The notes under the pieces were generated by a model, which had not been told where the DNA came from, searched no databases, and worked only from the letters and a program-made list of their open reading frames with translations. A DNA stretch of 64,000 bases, taken from the NCBI GenBank assembly GCA_020137815.1, contig CM035358.1:5890001-5954000 (forward strand), read 5' to 3'. This document shows, in pieces, positions 12,184 to 24,716 of this stretch. Positions within the stretch are counted from its first letter, which is position 1; the number at the start of each line of letters is the position of its first letter. Source of the stretch: Hormiphora californensis. Lineage: Eukaryota > Animalia > Ctenophora. A program made the position numbers and the translations under genes.

Positions 12184-13027
12184 CAGGGCCCACGACACCG
12201 GGGGGGGGGGGGGGGGCAGGGGGGGCCGCCCCCCCCCCCCTGGGATTTACCAAACATGGGAATTTTATTGAAATATTTCGTAGAGAATGTAAAAAATGCA
12301 TGAAAATCAGTTGAAATTCTAAATTTTCGGGGGCTTCGCCCCCTCCAAGGCATATATATACAGGTTCTACGTGCCTCAAATGAGTGAAAATCGGTTAAAA
12401 AGTCTAAATTTTCACCCCTTGACCTTGGTAACGAAGTTACCCCTCCCTTGCCGGCGCGCGAAGCGCGCCAAACGAAGGCCGCGAAGGTGTCTTGGATACC
12501 AACCCTTGACCCCATTCGGAGCCTGCGGCCTCCAAACCCCCTGCCACTACTCCTCTGGCGCCCCCTTCGAGACATACAGGTTCTACGTAAACAGAAAGAA
12601 GGTGGAGATGGACTTCTAAATGCCTAAAATGTGTGAAAATCGGATAAAAAGTCTAAAATTTTTCCGGGGGCTTCGCCCCCTAGACCCCCGCCAGGGGCTT
12701 CACCCCTAGACCCCATAGGGAGCCTGAGGCCTCCAAACCCCCTGCCACTGCTCCTCCGGCGCCCCCTTCGAGACATACAGGTTCTACGTAAACAGAAAGA
12801 AGGTGGAGATGGACTTCTAAATGCCTAAAATGAGTAAAAATCGGTTAAAAGTCTAAAATTTTCCACCAGGGGCTTCACCCCTGGACCCCATTGGGGGCCT
12901 GCGGCCCCTAAACCCCCTGCCGCTGCTCCTCCAGCGCCGCTTTGCGGCACCGTCTTCGTGTGCGCATCTCAAAAATTCCGGTGCTCCGCACCGGCCCCCC
13001 TGGAAAAATTCCGTGTCGTGGGCCCTG
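12184..13027. mobile_element. GC-rich non-autonomous TIR element (844 bp) with internal tandem subrepeats
   Basis: Perfect 15-bp TIRs cagggcccacgacac / gtgtcgtgggccctg; GAGAT directly on both flanks (12179-12183, 13028-13032); internal ~200-bp repeats with ggggcttcgcccc hairpins. Confidence 0.85.
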
Positions 13028-13108
13028 GAGATGATCACTAGTAATATTATTATTAATACTAGGATATTTTCCAGCCTACCACAACACTATCAGGATAATA
13101 TATCTGTA

Positions 13109-13229
13109 ACAGTGTTGCATAACGCGCGGCAAAAAGTGCATGTGTTCAGCGCCCTGATTGGTCACGGTTGCGCGTCGTCTTACTGTATCTCCGTTTTCCA
13201 TTACCGTTTTCCCACTACAAGCGACCGTG
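13109..13229 (-). mobile_element. MITE family A copy (internally deleted)
   Basis: Matches the 3' part of 7116-7307. Confidence 0.75.
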
Positions 13230-14235
13230 TAAGGTATCATTGAAACACGGTATAGTAAGAAGACGGGCAAGGGTGACCAATCAGAGCGCCAGATAGACAA
13301 CACACGTGTGTCCTGCAAAGTGCTAATCGCACGTGCATGAAACTGCCACGCCCTACGTTTAGCAGGCCAAGAAACCGTAATAGTCAGATACCATATCCCC
13401 ACTACAAGCAGCACTTTTAAGAGTGAGTTCATCGTTTTAAAAGAATATCTGACATTTTAATTTGTATTGTATGTTGAATCGTTCAATTATTCACCAACCT
13501 CTTTTCTTTCGATGATGATATAGTGAGGTCACTGTGCGTGATCAAAGTACCAGTTACCTTGTCAAAACTTACAAAGTCTTGTCCCTATTATAGTTTATTA
13601 TACTAGTCGGACCGATGATGCTGTTAGCCAATCATAGCTGACAGGTCACGTTTGAAAGGACAATGAAGAGCTATCCCTGTCAGTTTCACAAGAGCTTTCA
13701 GTTCCATAAAGGGTTAACAAATTTAAAACAAAGTAATCTCAATCGAACAAACATATTGAGTTTTGCATTGCACACATTTTACAATCAATTGAAAGATTGA
13801 TAAAAATATATGTTCATCACAAATAAAATGCTGACGACTCTCTCCATCTATAACGTCTAAAGAGTTTTTTTCCCATTTTTCATAGTTTCATATTAAACCT
13901 ATTGCAATCATTGGATCATAAATATATATCACACTGGTATATCGCAACCCAGTCTTTACTTCTTCTTCCCAGTCTTTACTCTTTGCTATTATAGTGGCAA
14001 CTCAGATCGGCAAAGTATTTTTACTTGTTGAGACACAGTACACACATACACACGCCCTCTGTACAACAGAATTGGGGAGATAGCACACAGGCCCTGTCTG
14101 GCGCCGGCGACCCCATCTGAGCGCACTTCCAGACAGCACAGGACAGGCTTATCTCATCGATTATAGATTATAATCTACAACTTATTATGACTTGTTCAGA
14201 TATATCTCATTACACAACTAGAATATATTAATCTA

Positions 14236-17118
14236 TCAGTTTTTACGGCAGCTCTTCCTCTGTGTGAAGATATTCTCTCTAAGATTACACCCTTGCTCCA
14301 CCCTCCTCTTCTGTTTAACTTCGTCCTCCTCAAACGACGACTGGTCATGTCGGGACCTCATGCTGCTCGCCTGTTGGTGGTGGTGATGCTTGTAATCAGA
14401 CTCTGTTGATGCAAAGTTAGATAGTTCCTGTTTCTTCTTGATCCCGCTCGTGTTGTAGCCACTGTCAGATGAGGACTGCTGACCGTACTTCTGATCGAAC
14501 TGCATCACGGGCTCGCCACTGCACGGGCTACTGCCACTGCTTTGTTCAGTGCCATTATCAGGCTGGACGTTCATGGGGGAGTTGTCACTGCTGCCCGGAG
14601 AATTATCACTGCTACCCGGAGAATTATCACTACTGCCAGGGGAATTATCACTGCTGCCAGGGGAATTGTCACTACTGTTGGGGCCAGTATTGTCGTCAGA
14701 TGACACTGAAAAGAAAGGGGTGTTAGTACTATATGGTCACCATGTGGTCACTAGATTGACTACTGCAGCTGCAACTATGTAGTGTGTTCACAAGTTACTA
14801 GTTGCCTTGGTTACTAGGCTGACAGCGTTGTGGTTACCTTGGTTACTACTGCTCCGTGGTTGGTTACTGCTGCTACTCGACCACTTCTCCCTGCTTCTGT
14901 TGAAGAGGTCCACCGCTGTCAGCTGATCTTCACATTCAACTCGACCTGGAAAAGACACTGATAAAGTGGGGATAAAGTTGATCTGTGATCCACACAGAGG
15001 CGGAAATATTGTGGTAGCATTGGTTACCGTTAGTCCACTGCTGCTGGTAACCATGGCAACCATTAGACATGCAATGGAAGATTTAAAGGTGAGGTTGACT
15101 AGCAATGACGTTTCAGGAAGTCTCAGCTTACTAAACTAATCAGCGTATTCAACTAATTAAGGTATAATAATACCTGAAACGGTCTGTGTCTGCTGGATGT
15201 GTCTATTATAGTTAGTGTCTGAGGTTCGCTGACTCTGATCGCTGTTTCCTCCTCCTCCTGATGCATCTGATGCGTCCACACCGCCTACCCTCACACTTTG
15301 CATTTCCTCCATAAAGTATAGGAAGTCCTGGAAGGGTAATTGATAATTTTAATAATCAAACAATCGATAACACAGAATTATTTACTCATGAGGGACACAT
15401 TGGTCACGTGCAGTTGCCAAGGTATTGGTAACACATACCTGATGACTCTTCTGGCAAGGCGTTGGGTTGTTGTTCTGGGGGATGCTCGATGTGTTCGACC
15501 ATGGCTCAGGCGTGCCTGATTGTTGGTGATCTGACGGCTGAAAATAATAATAATATGTAAAGTCTTATAGAGCTTATTATTTGTTGAGATATGTACATCT
15601 CTCTCAGAAACGTCGCTTTTTACCTGCTTACTACGACGTTTCGAGGGTGCGGCGATTAGCAGAGATGAATGGGGGCATTTGCATAGAATAAGCGCCGTTT
15701 GTATACTCAATACTCTATCGTGGTTTTTCATGCCCTAAACAGAAAAATATTGGTTGAATGGAATTTCCAGGCTGGGAAACGTAGTCCCCTGTCATGATAC
15801 TTCCCTCGACAAAGAATAAGAAAAAGAAGGATAATAGCCCTGCGTGACAACAGCAGACTTGGTTAGTTTGACGGGTAACATCAGATTTGGTTAGTTTTCA
15901 CGGGGAATGAACAGCAATTATTTGGCGGCTTTTATTGTTTGGGACAGGGGGATTAATAAAAAGTTAATATTTCATACTACCCTGAGTATTTACCTGAAAG
16001 ATGTCCCAGTAGATTGAATGTTCCCACAGATGCTTTGTCAAACAAGCCTTACTTTTATACCTCTTCTCACAGACCGGGCATACAACGAACTGAAACGGAG
16101 TAAATAAATGCAATTAAATGCTAAGTATAGAATCGAGCATGTCACAGAAGGTCCCCGGTCGAAAGATTAGTTTCCAATTTTTATGAGAGAAATTGAAGTG
16201 AAAGTCGAAGTGAAGGGAAACTAATTTTATTTTCCCCTAAAGATGGGGCTAAATATAACTGATTTTAATTCTTTACATTAATGAAGTGAACATTACTGGG
16301 GAAGTGACACTCCCTCAATCCTAAGTGTCAAGAGAAAGGGGCAACCTGTCACTCATCTTTTTAATTTCCCCTTTCTCAACTAATAATGTAATGTTGACAA
16401 GTTGATAAACTTCATTACCTGATTTGGACAATTATAGACACATCTTTGAAGGATAGTAACGACATCTTGGACAACTAAGTTTCCGTGAATCATCTGACAA
16501 CGTCGCTCGGGGGTCAACGGTTGACTTAGAGGAGGTTGAGCCTGCGAGAAACCGAGGAGAGAGGAAGGGTACTGTTAAGAATAAGGAAACTACTAAAATT
16601 TAACACCGCACAAGAATCTTTCAATCATGAAAAATTGAATCATTGCGAAATAATAATTATACGAAAGCAGCTTTAGCATTGATATATATAATTGAAATCC
16701 CATCGAAACAATTGCCCTCACCAGGAAGCGACCGAAAATTCGGTGAAAAAAACCTGGTTCGGTCGTTTCCTGGTCCTTGCACGAACCTAATCTCTACGAT
16801 GATTTGATTAGCTGAGATGTTTGGGTAAATCAAATAAAACAAGTTTGAATAGAGAGCAGCAATCAATTATTGTGATTTTTCGCTCACGATATATGGAGAG
16901 GGGAAGGAGGGTGGTCTGGTCCACAGAGCCCTGAGTTGGGGCGGGTAGGACGGAGTGGGATGGTAGACACCAGGCCAGAAATTACGAGCTGGTACCCCTC
17001 CTCCCAACAGGTAGCCAGGGGCCATGACAGGGTGCCGGTGGTGAAGGTGAAGGTGGTTGGGAGGAGCAGGGACACGGATCGGCCGGAACGAGCCCATGTT
17101 GCACGGGTTGAAGGACAT
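14236..17118 (-). CDS. 8-exon gene encoding a protein with one C2H2 zinc finger, a Pro-rich N-terminus and a Ser-rich C-terminus
   Basis: Phase-consistent GT-AG exons ~17118-16888, 16541-16419, 16089-15994, 15734-15624, 15537-15439, 15327-15174, 14945-14838, 14705-14236; finger CPVCEKRYKSKACLTKHLWEH followed by KNHDRVLSIQTALIL; SSDNSPG repeats in the last exon. Confidence 0.8.
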
Positions 17119-17741
17119 ACTGAGTAACTATATAAAACACATGATATTGCAGTAGGGAATTTGGTCGCCGCATTACAAAACTTCAAATTCGTGACAAAAC
17201 AAAGTCATGAAAAAAGAACTGCAGATCTTGACAAAATGCATACATATTTACAAATAAAATGTAAAGGAGGGTAATAGAACATTGCAAAAGATCTGCAGAC
17301 GACTAGACAGTGCAGTTGTGAAAGATACCAACTTACAAAAAGTACCCGAGTATGTTTATCAAAAGTACAAGTACTTTGATTTTAATTTTGCTGTGTCTGG
17401 GTTTAAAATTTTAATCTTAATTTTGCCGCAGGTATGTGCTGAACCCAAGCCAAAACAGAGAAACAGCTAGGTATCATAACAAAACGGAGAAGTACACACA
17501 ACACAGAAAGTTTCTGCATACAGCGCTATAAAGAGGGAACTGCTGCTACAGGGTCGTGACAAAACGCACAACCGTACAGTCGTGACTGAAAATCTTAGCG
17601 AGGGGAGAATTAAACGGTTAAACTGTATCTTTTATGTAGTTTAGATAGTTGCGAATCCCAAATATGGCTGAAGGGAATATATAACACGTTTACCAGCAAC
17701 GGAAAGAAATATCGAATACTGTGACGTGGAAAATCTATTAC

Positions 17742-17830
17742 TACAGTCGGACCCCGATTTACCGGGATGCTCGGGGGAAAGGGTTTTGCCCGGTAAATCG
17801 GGGTCAAATTCCGTTACTTTTGATATGCTC
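17742..17830 (+). mobile_element. MITE family B (tacagtcggaccccgattta...), Tc1/pogo-like, truncated by the LTR insertion
   Basis: TA-CAGT terminus; related copies at 26157-26332, ~30297-30366, ~32020-32097, 36257-36337, ~41781, 41944-42019, 47084-47173 and 56946-57093. Confidence 0.75.
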
Positions 17831-18251
17831 TGTGCCGTAGACAAATAATACTCTTGGTTTCGTGGAACTTCGAATAATAGTCAACTGAATAACCGTTGAA
17901 CAATAACTTCCGAATAGTAATAACTGCTGAATAAGAACTGATAATAACTGACTCTTCTATCTCCCTTCTACCCCCTAGGATGTTCCCCCCACGTGACCGT
18001 GTGGAATCACGCAGTCACGTGGGTGGAAGTCCTAGAATAAGTAGACCGGCTAGAATGTCACTGCGATAATTCAATATCTAGATAGCGGGTCAACCCAGAG
18101 CCTAATTGGGCTGCTAGGATCGGTCGGGGAATGGTGCCGTATCTCACAATCTCTCTCACACCCTCTCACTCTCTCTCCCTCTCTCTCTCTCTCTCTCTCA
18201 CTCTCCGACTCAGACTCCAACTCAGACTCAGACTCATACACACTGGGCACA
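17831..18251 (-). mobile_element. 3' LTR of a Ty3/Gypsy element (421 bp)
   Basis: TGTGCC...GGCACA termini; immediately preceded on the minus strand by polypurine tract AGGGGGAGGGGGATGG (~18252-18267). Confidence 0.85.
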
Positions 18252-18474
18252 CCATCCCCCTCCCCCTAAAAAAACTGATTAAGACTCCGTCTTAATCATT
18301 ACGCTCTTTAACAACTAATATAAGATAAAAAACACTCACTAAAACACACTCACTCTAAAAAATAACACCGTGTAATAGTTCGATTGTCTTTAAAATCAAT
18401 ACACAGTTCAACTCTCTCTTCATCGGAAATGATCTTTGTAGTTTAGCGTTGTCATTCCTCTATCCGCCGCCGTC

Positions 18475-19995
18475 TTAGTCTCGTTTTCCCCATACGCCTC
18501 CTCCTCTGACTGGTGTAATGGGAGTAGGTTTTCTTCTCTTATCCTGCACCTGCTTGGGCTCCTCGATTCCTCCCTTGTGTTCCTTCAGTTTCCCAACATT
18601 AGTAACCTTCTCTGTTCCATCCTTTAACTTCACAACGTACAGGTAAGGGCTGATCACCTTCACAATAGGAAACGGACCGGCCCATCTCGACCCAAACTTG
18701 TGCACTGGGCACGTTATCTTGACATACACCAGGTCGTTGGGTTTAAAACACGGGTCATGCATCTTCTTGTCGAACTGCCGCTTTGCCATCATGATGTGGC
18801 CCTCCACGTTCTTTCTTACCCTTCTCGTCACCTCTCTGAGTTTCTTTAGCTTCTGGTAAACCTGCTGAGGTATGCCAGGGTTGCTCGTCGGCTCATCCTC
18901 ACAGAGAAACAGTGCTTCAGGCACATCGGCTTCCCTACCGAACATCATCATATGAGGGGAGTATCCGGTCCTCGAGTTCTTCAGTGAGTTGAGGATGAAG
19001 TTAACTTCCCTCAAGTGCAGATCCCAGGATCTCAGATCCTCGCCTTGTAACATAGCTCGCATGACCTGGTTCACTCTCTTGTTGGTCTGTTCCGCCTTTG
19101 CGGTACTCGCTGCTTTGTAAGGACTGCCAAATGTTACCTTGACACCAAGTTGTTCAAAATATTGTTTGAAAGCTGCACTTGTGAATCCTCTGTGATTGTC
19201 GACAATTATCTCAGTGGGCCAACCGTGTCTCCAACACCAGTTCGACTTTACAACTTCTCTATCTTCAACTCCTGTCTGTGTTTTAACAGCAACTGCCTCT
19301 GTGTAGCCACTCCAAGCGTCGGTCATCGTCAGTATAGCTTTATTGCCACGTGGTGTCCCTGCTGAACCTGGTCCCTCTGGAACAAGGTGGTCCAAGATGA
19401 TGGCCTGATTAAAACGATGGAACTGTACTTTGGCCATTGGAGCTTGATAGAATTTCCGAGCTTGTTTAGTCCTTCCACATGTTACACATGAGCTTACCAC
19501 CAGCTCCACTTCTCGTTCCATTTTCGGCCAATAGTAGTATCGTCTGGTGAAATCCATTGTACGCTCTTGACCGGAATGACCTGTTCTCTTGGCGTGTATC
19601 TCTTGTAGCACCCACTCTCTCATCTTCTCAGGGACGACAATGAGCCATCTCTCTGAACCATCTCGAGTGTTGCGCCACTTCCTCTCTAACACACCCTCTT
19701 TGACACGTAGCAGGTTAAATTGTTTCCAAAAGGAAAGCAATTCCGGTGGTACACGATTTGTCTGGATCACCTCACGTTCTCCTGACTGAACCCAGTTTCG
19801 TACTTGCTGGATGAGGTCGTCACTCTCCTGAGTACGCTTCCACTGGTCTCGGTCAACAACTTCCATAGGCTGGATCTCCGATACTGTCTCTGTATATTCA
19901 CCAGAGTTATCCTCACGGTCCATCCTAGCCTGTGGTTGTGGCTTCTCCAAGAAAGTTTCACAGTAGCACACTTTCTCCTTTTCTTTCAGCTGCAC
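18475..19995 (-). mobile_element. Ty3/Gypsy integrase ORF (5'-truncated pol remnant)
   Basis: HHCC zinc motif (HAKRTGH...CVTC), D-D-E core (ILDHL / IIVDNHRGF / KAEQTN) and GPY/F motif WAGPF; in-frame stop just upstream; no RT, protease, gag or 5' LTR seen. Confidence 0.92.
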
Positions 19996-21348
19996 TACTG
20001 AAACTCTGCCTTCTCACATGGAACATTTGCAAGTGAATGCCTCGAATCTTGGGGTGATAAGAGATCCCTGTTCTTTTCTCGTTAAGCGTGTACTCGGTCT
20101 GGCTCCCATTACGGATTTATAGGACGAAATTGCAATGACTTCTTAATACTAATGGCTGCATTCCTCTGTGATTTTTTCCGGCTGCGGGTCTGGCGCAAGA
20201 TCCAATGGGCAACTCTCCTCCGTTTGCACCGCTCGGCTGGCTCCGCCCGATGAAGGGGAGGGGGTGCGTGGCCTTCCTCTATCGCAACACCCCGAGTGAG
20301 ATGTGAGATGTGAGATAGAGAGCATGAAGGCTGAAGTGGAACCGAATTCCAAGAAGCGCGTTTTGATATTTGGTGCAAAAAATAATTAGATCTGGTGAGG
20401 GGGCATCAAATACGCGATAACAAATCAAAGCATGAAGGCTCTCACTGATCGTTCCTTCTACTTCATGGCGATTCTCTATCGCAACACCCTCGTGGGTGAG
20501 ATGTGGATTGAGAGATGCTGAAGTGGAACCAAATCCACGTGTCAGATATAAAGAAGCGCATTTTGATATTTGTTGCAAAAAATAATTAGATCTAGTGAGG
20601 GGCACACGTCACAACAAGTTAACGCATGACCTAGCTCTCGAGCTGCTCCATCAAAAGTTGGCCTCGCGATGAAAAAAGCAAAAGAGTGTTGGAAAGTTGC
20701 TTGAAAGAGAAAGAGTGTCAAAGAGTGTTATTATTGTCGTATTCCCCATCCTTAGAAACCGAACAGAAAGACTGCGTAGCATGGCAAAGAAAGACATCGA
20801 GGGATGAAAAAAGCAAAAGAGTGTTGGAAAGTTGCTTGAAAGAATGTCCCCCATCCTTAGAAATGAACATGAATATTGTACGTGGGATAAAAGGATTGTC
20901 TCGCTCAGACGGCGCGGAGGGAGGGTCGAACAAGGCAAGCTCAGACAACCCTCTTTTATATGAAAAGAAACAGCTGTTAAATAAATCAAAACAAGAGATT
21001 TCAATTAATATATGTCATGATTTGCTGTCGCCTGTCTTTAGCTCATTCAAAACAAGGGACACAAAAATTGAAAACTCATCGAATTTTAAACACAAAATTT
21101 AAACAATATTCCACACATGTCACACCAGTATGTTATAGCTGATCATCACATAAAAACACGGCCCTGGTCACGTGACAATAACTGCATGGTTACCATGGTA
21201 ACTGCAACCATGGTTATGCACCTCACGATCTGTGACCACGACCTAACCAGCAGTTTAGATGCACTCAACAACTATCCAATTAACTGGATCACATATATGG
21301 TTTACTAGTCAGTGCAGCACGCAGGGGGAGGGGGAGGGGAGGGAAGAG

Positions 21349-21686
21349 TTACGATCTTGAGATAGTCTTAAGGGTACGACCTTGATTCGAGATGATTCTA
21401 TTATTGAAAAAGTCAATCTCATCCCAGTACTTGTTAGTCCTCCAGAACAGCCACAGCTGCATGGGAATATCGACAAAGTAGGTGGCAAAGAAGGGAAGGG
21501 GATCTGACATGAGGAAGAGGATATCAGAGTGTTGGAAGTTGGTGAAGAGTCGAATTAGTCGGCTGGGTCGCCAGGGTGCCATGACAGCGGAGAAGAGATC
21601 GTAACCAAGGCAACGGAGAGTTCTATCTTCTTGCTCAATGATAGCTGGAATGTCGTCTCGATAGGGTGAGGTGAGCTCCAGGTTCT
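21349..21686 (-). CDS. Putative terminal exon of unknown protein
   Basis: ttttttcag acceptor followed by ~111 open codons (NLELTSPYRDDIP...TISRS*); no upstream exon identified. Confidence 0.25.
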
Positions 21687-23230
21687 GAAAAAATGTCAAA
21701 TTAGAGGTGTGAGATTTGAATGAGTGCAGGTACTGCAATGTCAGAAATATGAACAATATGACCATGATGAATGTTTTCGATGTTTGATGGTTCTTCGAAG
21801 AAGAATCTTCTTCATATCAGATCTATTATGGCAGGTGAGTAGAACTTCGCTCCTAATAAAAGGCTGCAATAAAAGGCCAGCGTCCAGTAATCTTTAGTAG
21901 TATAGTGTGCACAGTTGGGACCCCTTTTTCGCCCTTACTGAGGCACCATTTTGTATGTGCATGTCACGTGACTTCTGACCACCAAAATTATGCGGCGCTG
22001 GCAAGAGTTGTTCACTAGAATATCGGAGCGCCGGCAAGGGCCTTGGAATTTATTTTGGCGCTGACAAGGGCCCACATTCGCGATTGGATTTGTCAATTTT
22101 TGTTTGACATTCTCGTGGTGTAGTGATCTCACCCCTATCACATTACACTCTGCAAAATGGATATAACTTTCTCTCTCTTTTCTCGTGCCAGGTGTTCTGA
22201 TACAAATAATAAATATACTACAGCGTTCCTCTAATGTTCTTTTGTTATTCTTACCGTTCTTTTGGTATTCCAGTGACTTTTCATTAGAAAGGAACGAGCC
22301 GGGAACGGTGAAAATTACAAAAGAACAGCATCGGAACGGTTTTTTGTTAGATAAGAAAAGTTGGAAAATACAAAAGAACAGTGGAAATTAGAACGGAACA
22401 ACAGCGGAACGACGGCGGAACAGTAAAATGTTGTAAAATGTTTCATAAACGAAAACATGCAGTAGATACACATAAACTAGGAAACGTATTTTTACACAGG
22501 TGTTCTAAAATGATTTTGTCGTTACTTTATCATTCGTGTGTTCTTTTGGTGTTCCGGTCACTTTTCATTAAAAAGGAACGAAATGGAAACAGTGAAAATT
22601 ACAAAAGAACAACAACGGAACATATTGTGATTCACTGGAACAACACCGGAACAACCGTCAACACCAGAACAGTAAAATAGCTAGTTTGGAACTATAAAGA
22701 GATTGCTTATTGCGTTCAATTCATTTAGTCATGCGAGATCTATAACGGTCACGAGTCGTCTAGAAAATGGCATAAGTGATATTTCAGATCCAGAGTCTGA
22801 CTCAGATATATCTCAATCTGATAGCGAATCTTCGGACCGAGAAATACATACCAATGCTTGCTACACTGCTTTGCTTTCAAGCACGATCTTATTGACGCTG
22901 ATATCAGCAAAGCTGATCTAACAGATCGCGAGAAACTCTTGTGGACGCCATTAAGGAATCAAACTCATTAATTGAAATTCGTGAAATGCTAACCCGAACC
23001 CAGAAATGTTTGATAATATTACGAACAAGCTGTTTCCGGAAACCTATGAAAATAAATGTCCTAACTGAGTAACTAGTTTCTTTCGATGTCTAGCCATGGG
23101 TATATAAGGGACAACTATCTTCATTTCTTTACAAATGATAGCTGGACTTGTGTGACCAATCGTTCCCCTTCATTTATCAACTCCTTGAGCATAAAGACCT
23201 CTATCACAAAAAGCCTCGATTAATGAAGGT

Positions 23231-23864
23231 ATGGATACCAAAGAACTACAAATAGATGAGGATTATCCACTAGATGACACCTCTGCAGATAGCAGCGATA
23301 AAGATTCGAAAAACCTTCACCCAACACTTACTAAAGTTGTGAAAAAGCCTGAACTAAATTACAAGGAATTGTATCATGTGCGAGATCAGCACGCTCGCAA
23401 GTTTGAGCGTTTGTATAAAACAAAGCTGACAGAATCAAAACAACATTTGAGTCGCATTCGGTTATTTGAAAAGCAACTCGATGAGTTTATAACAAATTTA
23501 AGGACAGTACCTTAACGAGTTTTCCAATTCAATAATTAACTCCAAAAATATTGCTGACTTTCTAGAACTCAGTCGATTGTTGCTTCAAAGAAATTTGTCA
23601 AGGTTTCACGTAGATACCAACTTTTACAAGCTATTAAAACGTTGTGTACTGGTCTAAAGTATGTGTAATTCCATTGTTGTTTTTCAGCGAAAGAGATTAA
23701 ATGAAAAAGAACGAAAAATGATTAAATTAGTTGAACAAAAGAGCGTTGAAGATATCAAAAAATTATTTTTTAAATATACTAAAGAGTTTGCAAATATATT
23801 CCAAGTTGTTGAAAAGACGTTGTTGCTTTTAAGAGATTTAGAAAATGAAAGTTTAAATGTATAG
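23231..23864 (+). pseudogene. Frameshifted internal ORF of the Polinton derivative (acidic N-terminus, Lys/Leu-rich helical C-terminus)
   Basis: ORFs 23231-23515 and 23661-23864 linked by frameshifted coding-like sequence inside the TIR-bounded element. Confidence 0.45.
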
Positions 23865-24278
23865 TATATTATATTTCTTTCTTTTTTTTTGAAAAAAGTT
23901 CTTTTATTTGTTTACAAACTAAAAAATAAGTAGGTTTTATTGTTCCAGTGTATCAAAATTTGTTTATATCTACTGTATGTTTCATTTATGAAACATTTTG
24001 CAAATTTTACAATATTTTACTGTTCCGCTGTCGTTCCCCTGTTGTTCCGTTCTATACCCACTGTTTTTGTATTTTCCCACTTTTCCTTTCTAACGAAAAA
24101 ACGTTTCGTTGCTGTTCTTTGAAGTTTTCACTGTTCCCGTCTCGTTCCTTTCTAATGAAAAGTCACTGGAATACCAAAGAACGCTGGGAATAACAGTGTT
24201 ATGACTCGTCGATAAATGAAGTAGAACATGTCTTTGGCTATATAAACCGGTGTTACCATAATTGCTACCATAAGAATC

Positions 24279-24716
24279 ATGGACGCGTTTCTAGATACTG
24301 TGCCCGTCAAGTTTTGGGAGTTGTACCGGAAAAATTGGTCAAACTTATCGTCAGCGTACCACAAAAGGTAAACTAAAAGATATCTATCATTTTCCACTGT
24401 CACCCACTGATGGGATTTTCGGTAAACTAGATAAAATTTGGAAAACTATCAGAATGATATAAAACTGAATGTCGCATTCGGCTTTGTTATGACAAATAAA
24501 CTTACTGGTGAAGTTAAATTTTATCACCCGTCTAATAACACAATGGTTTTTGAGACTGCTCAATTAATTTCTGGGCGAGAAGACGTTAAAAAAGTGAAAG
24601 AAAACATTGAACGGGAAGATCTGCTAGAAATAGCAAGGAGTTCACGACCATCTACAGAATGGAAAGTCGAAGCTGTGGTCTGCATTAGATTTGATATAAT
24701 GAAGATTCAATTTTGA
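24279..24716 (+). pseudogene. Decayed ORF resembling the region N-terminal to Polinton/adintovirus protein-primed PolB
   Basis: IKLNVAFGFVMTNKLTGEVKFYHPSNNT...RPSTEWKVEAV resembles the recalled K(I/L)NxSFGF...TGE..YY.S.N...RP.S.W pattern; the upstream part is frameshifted. Confidence 0.55.
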
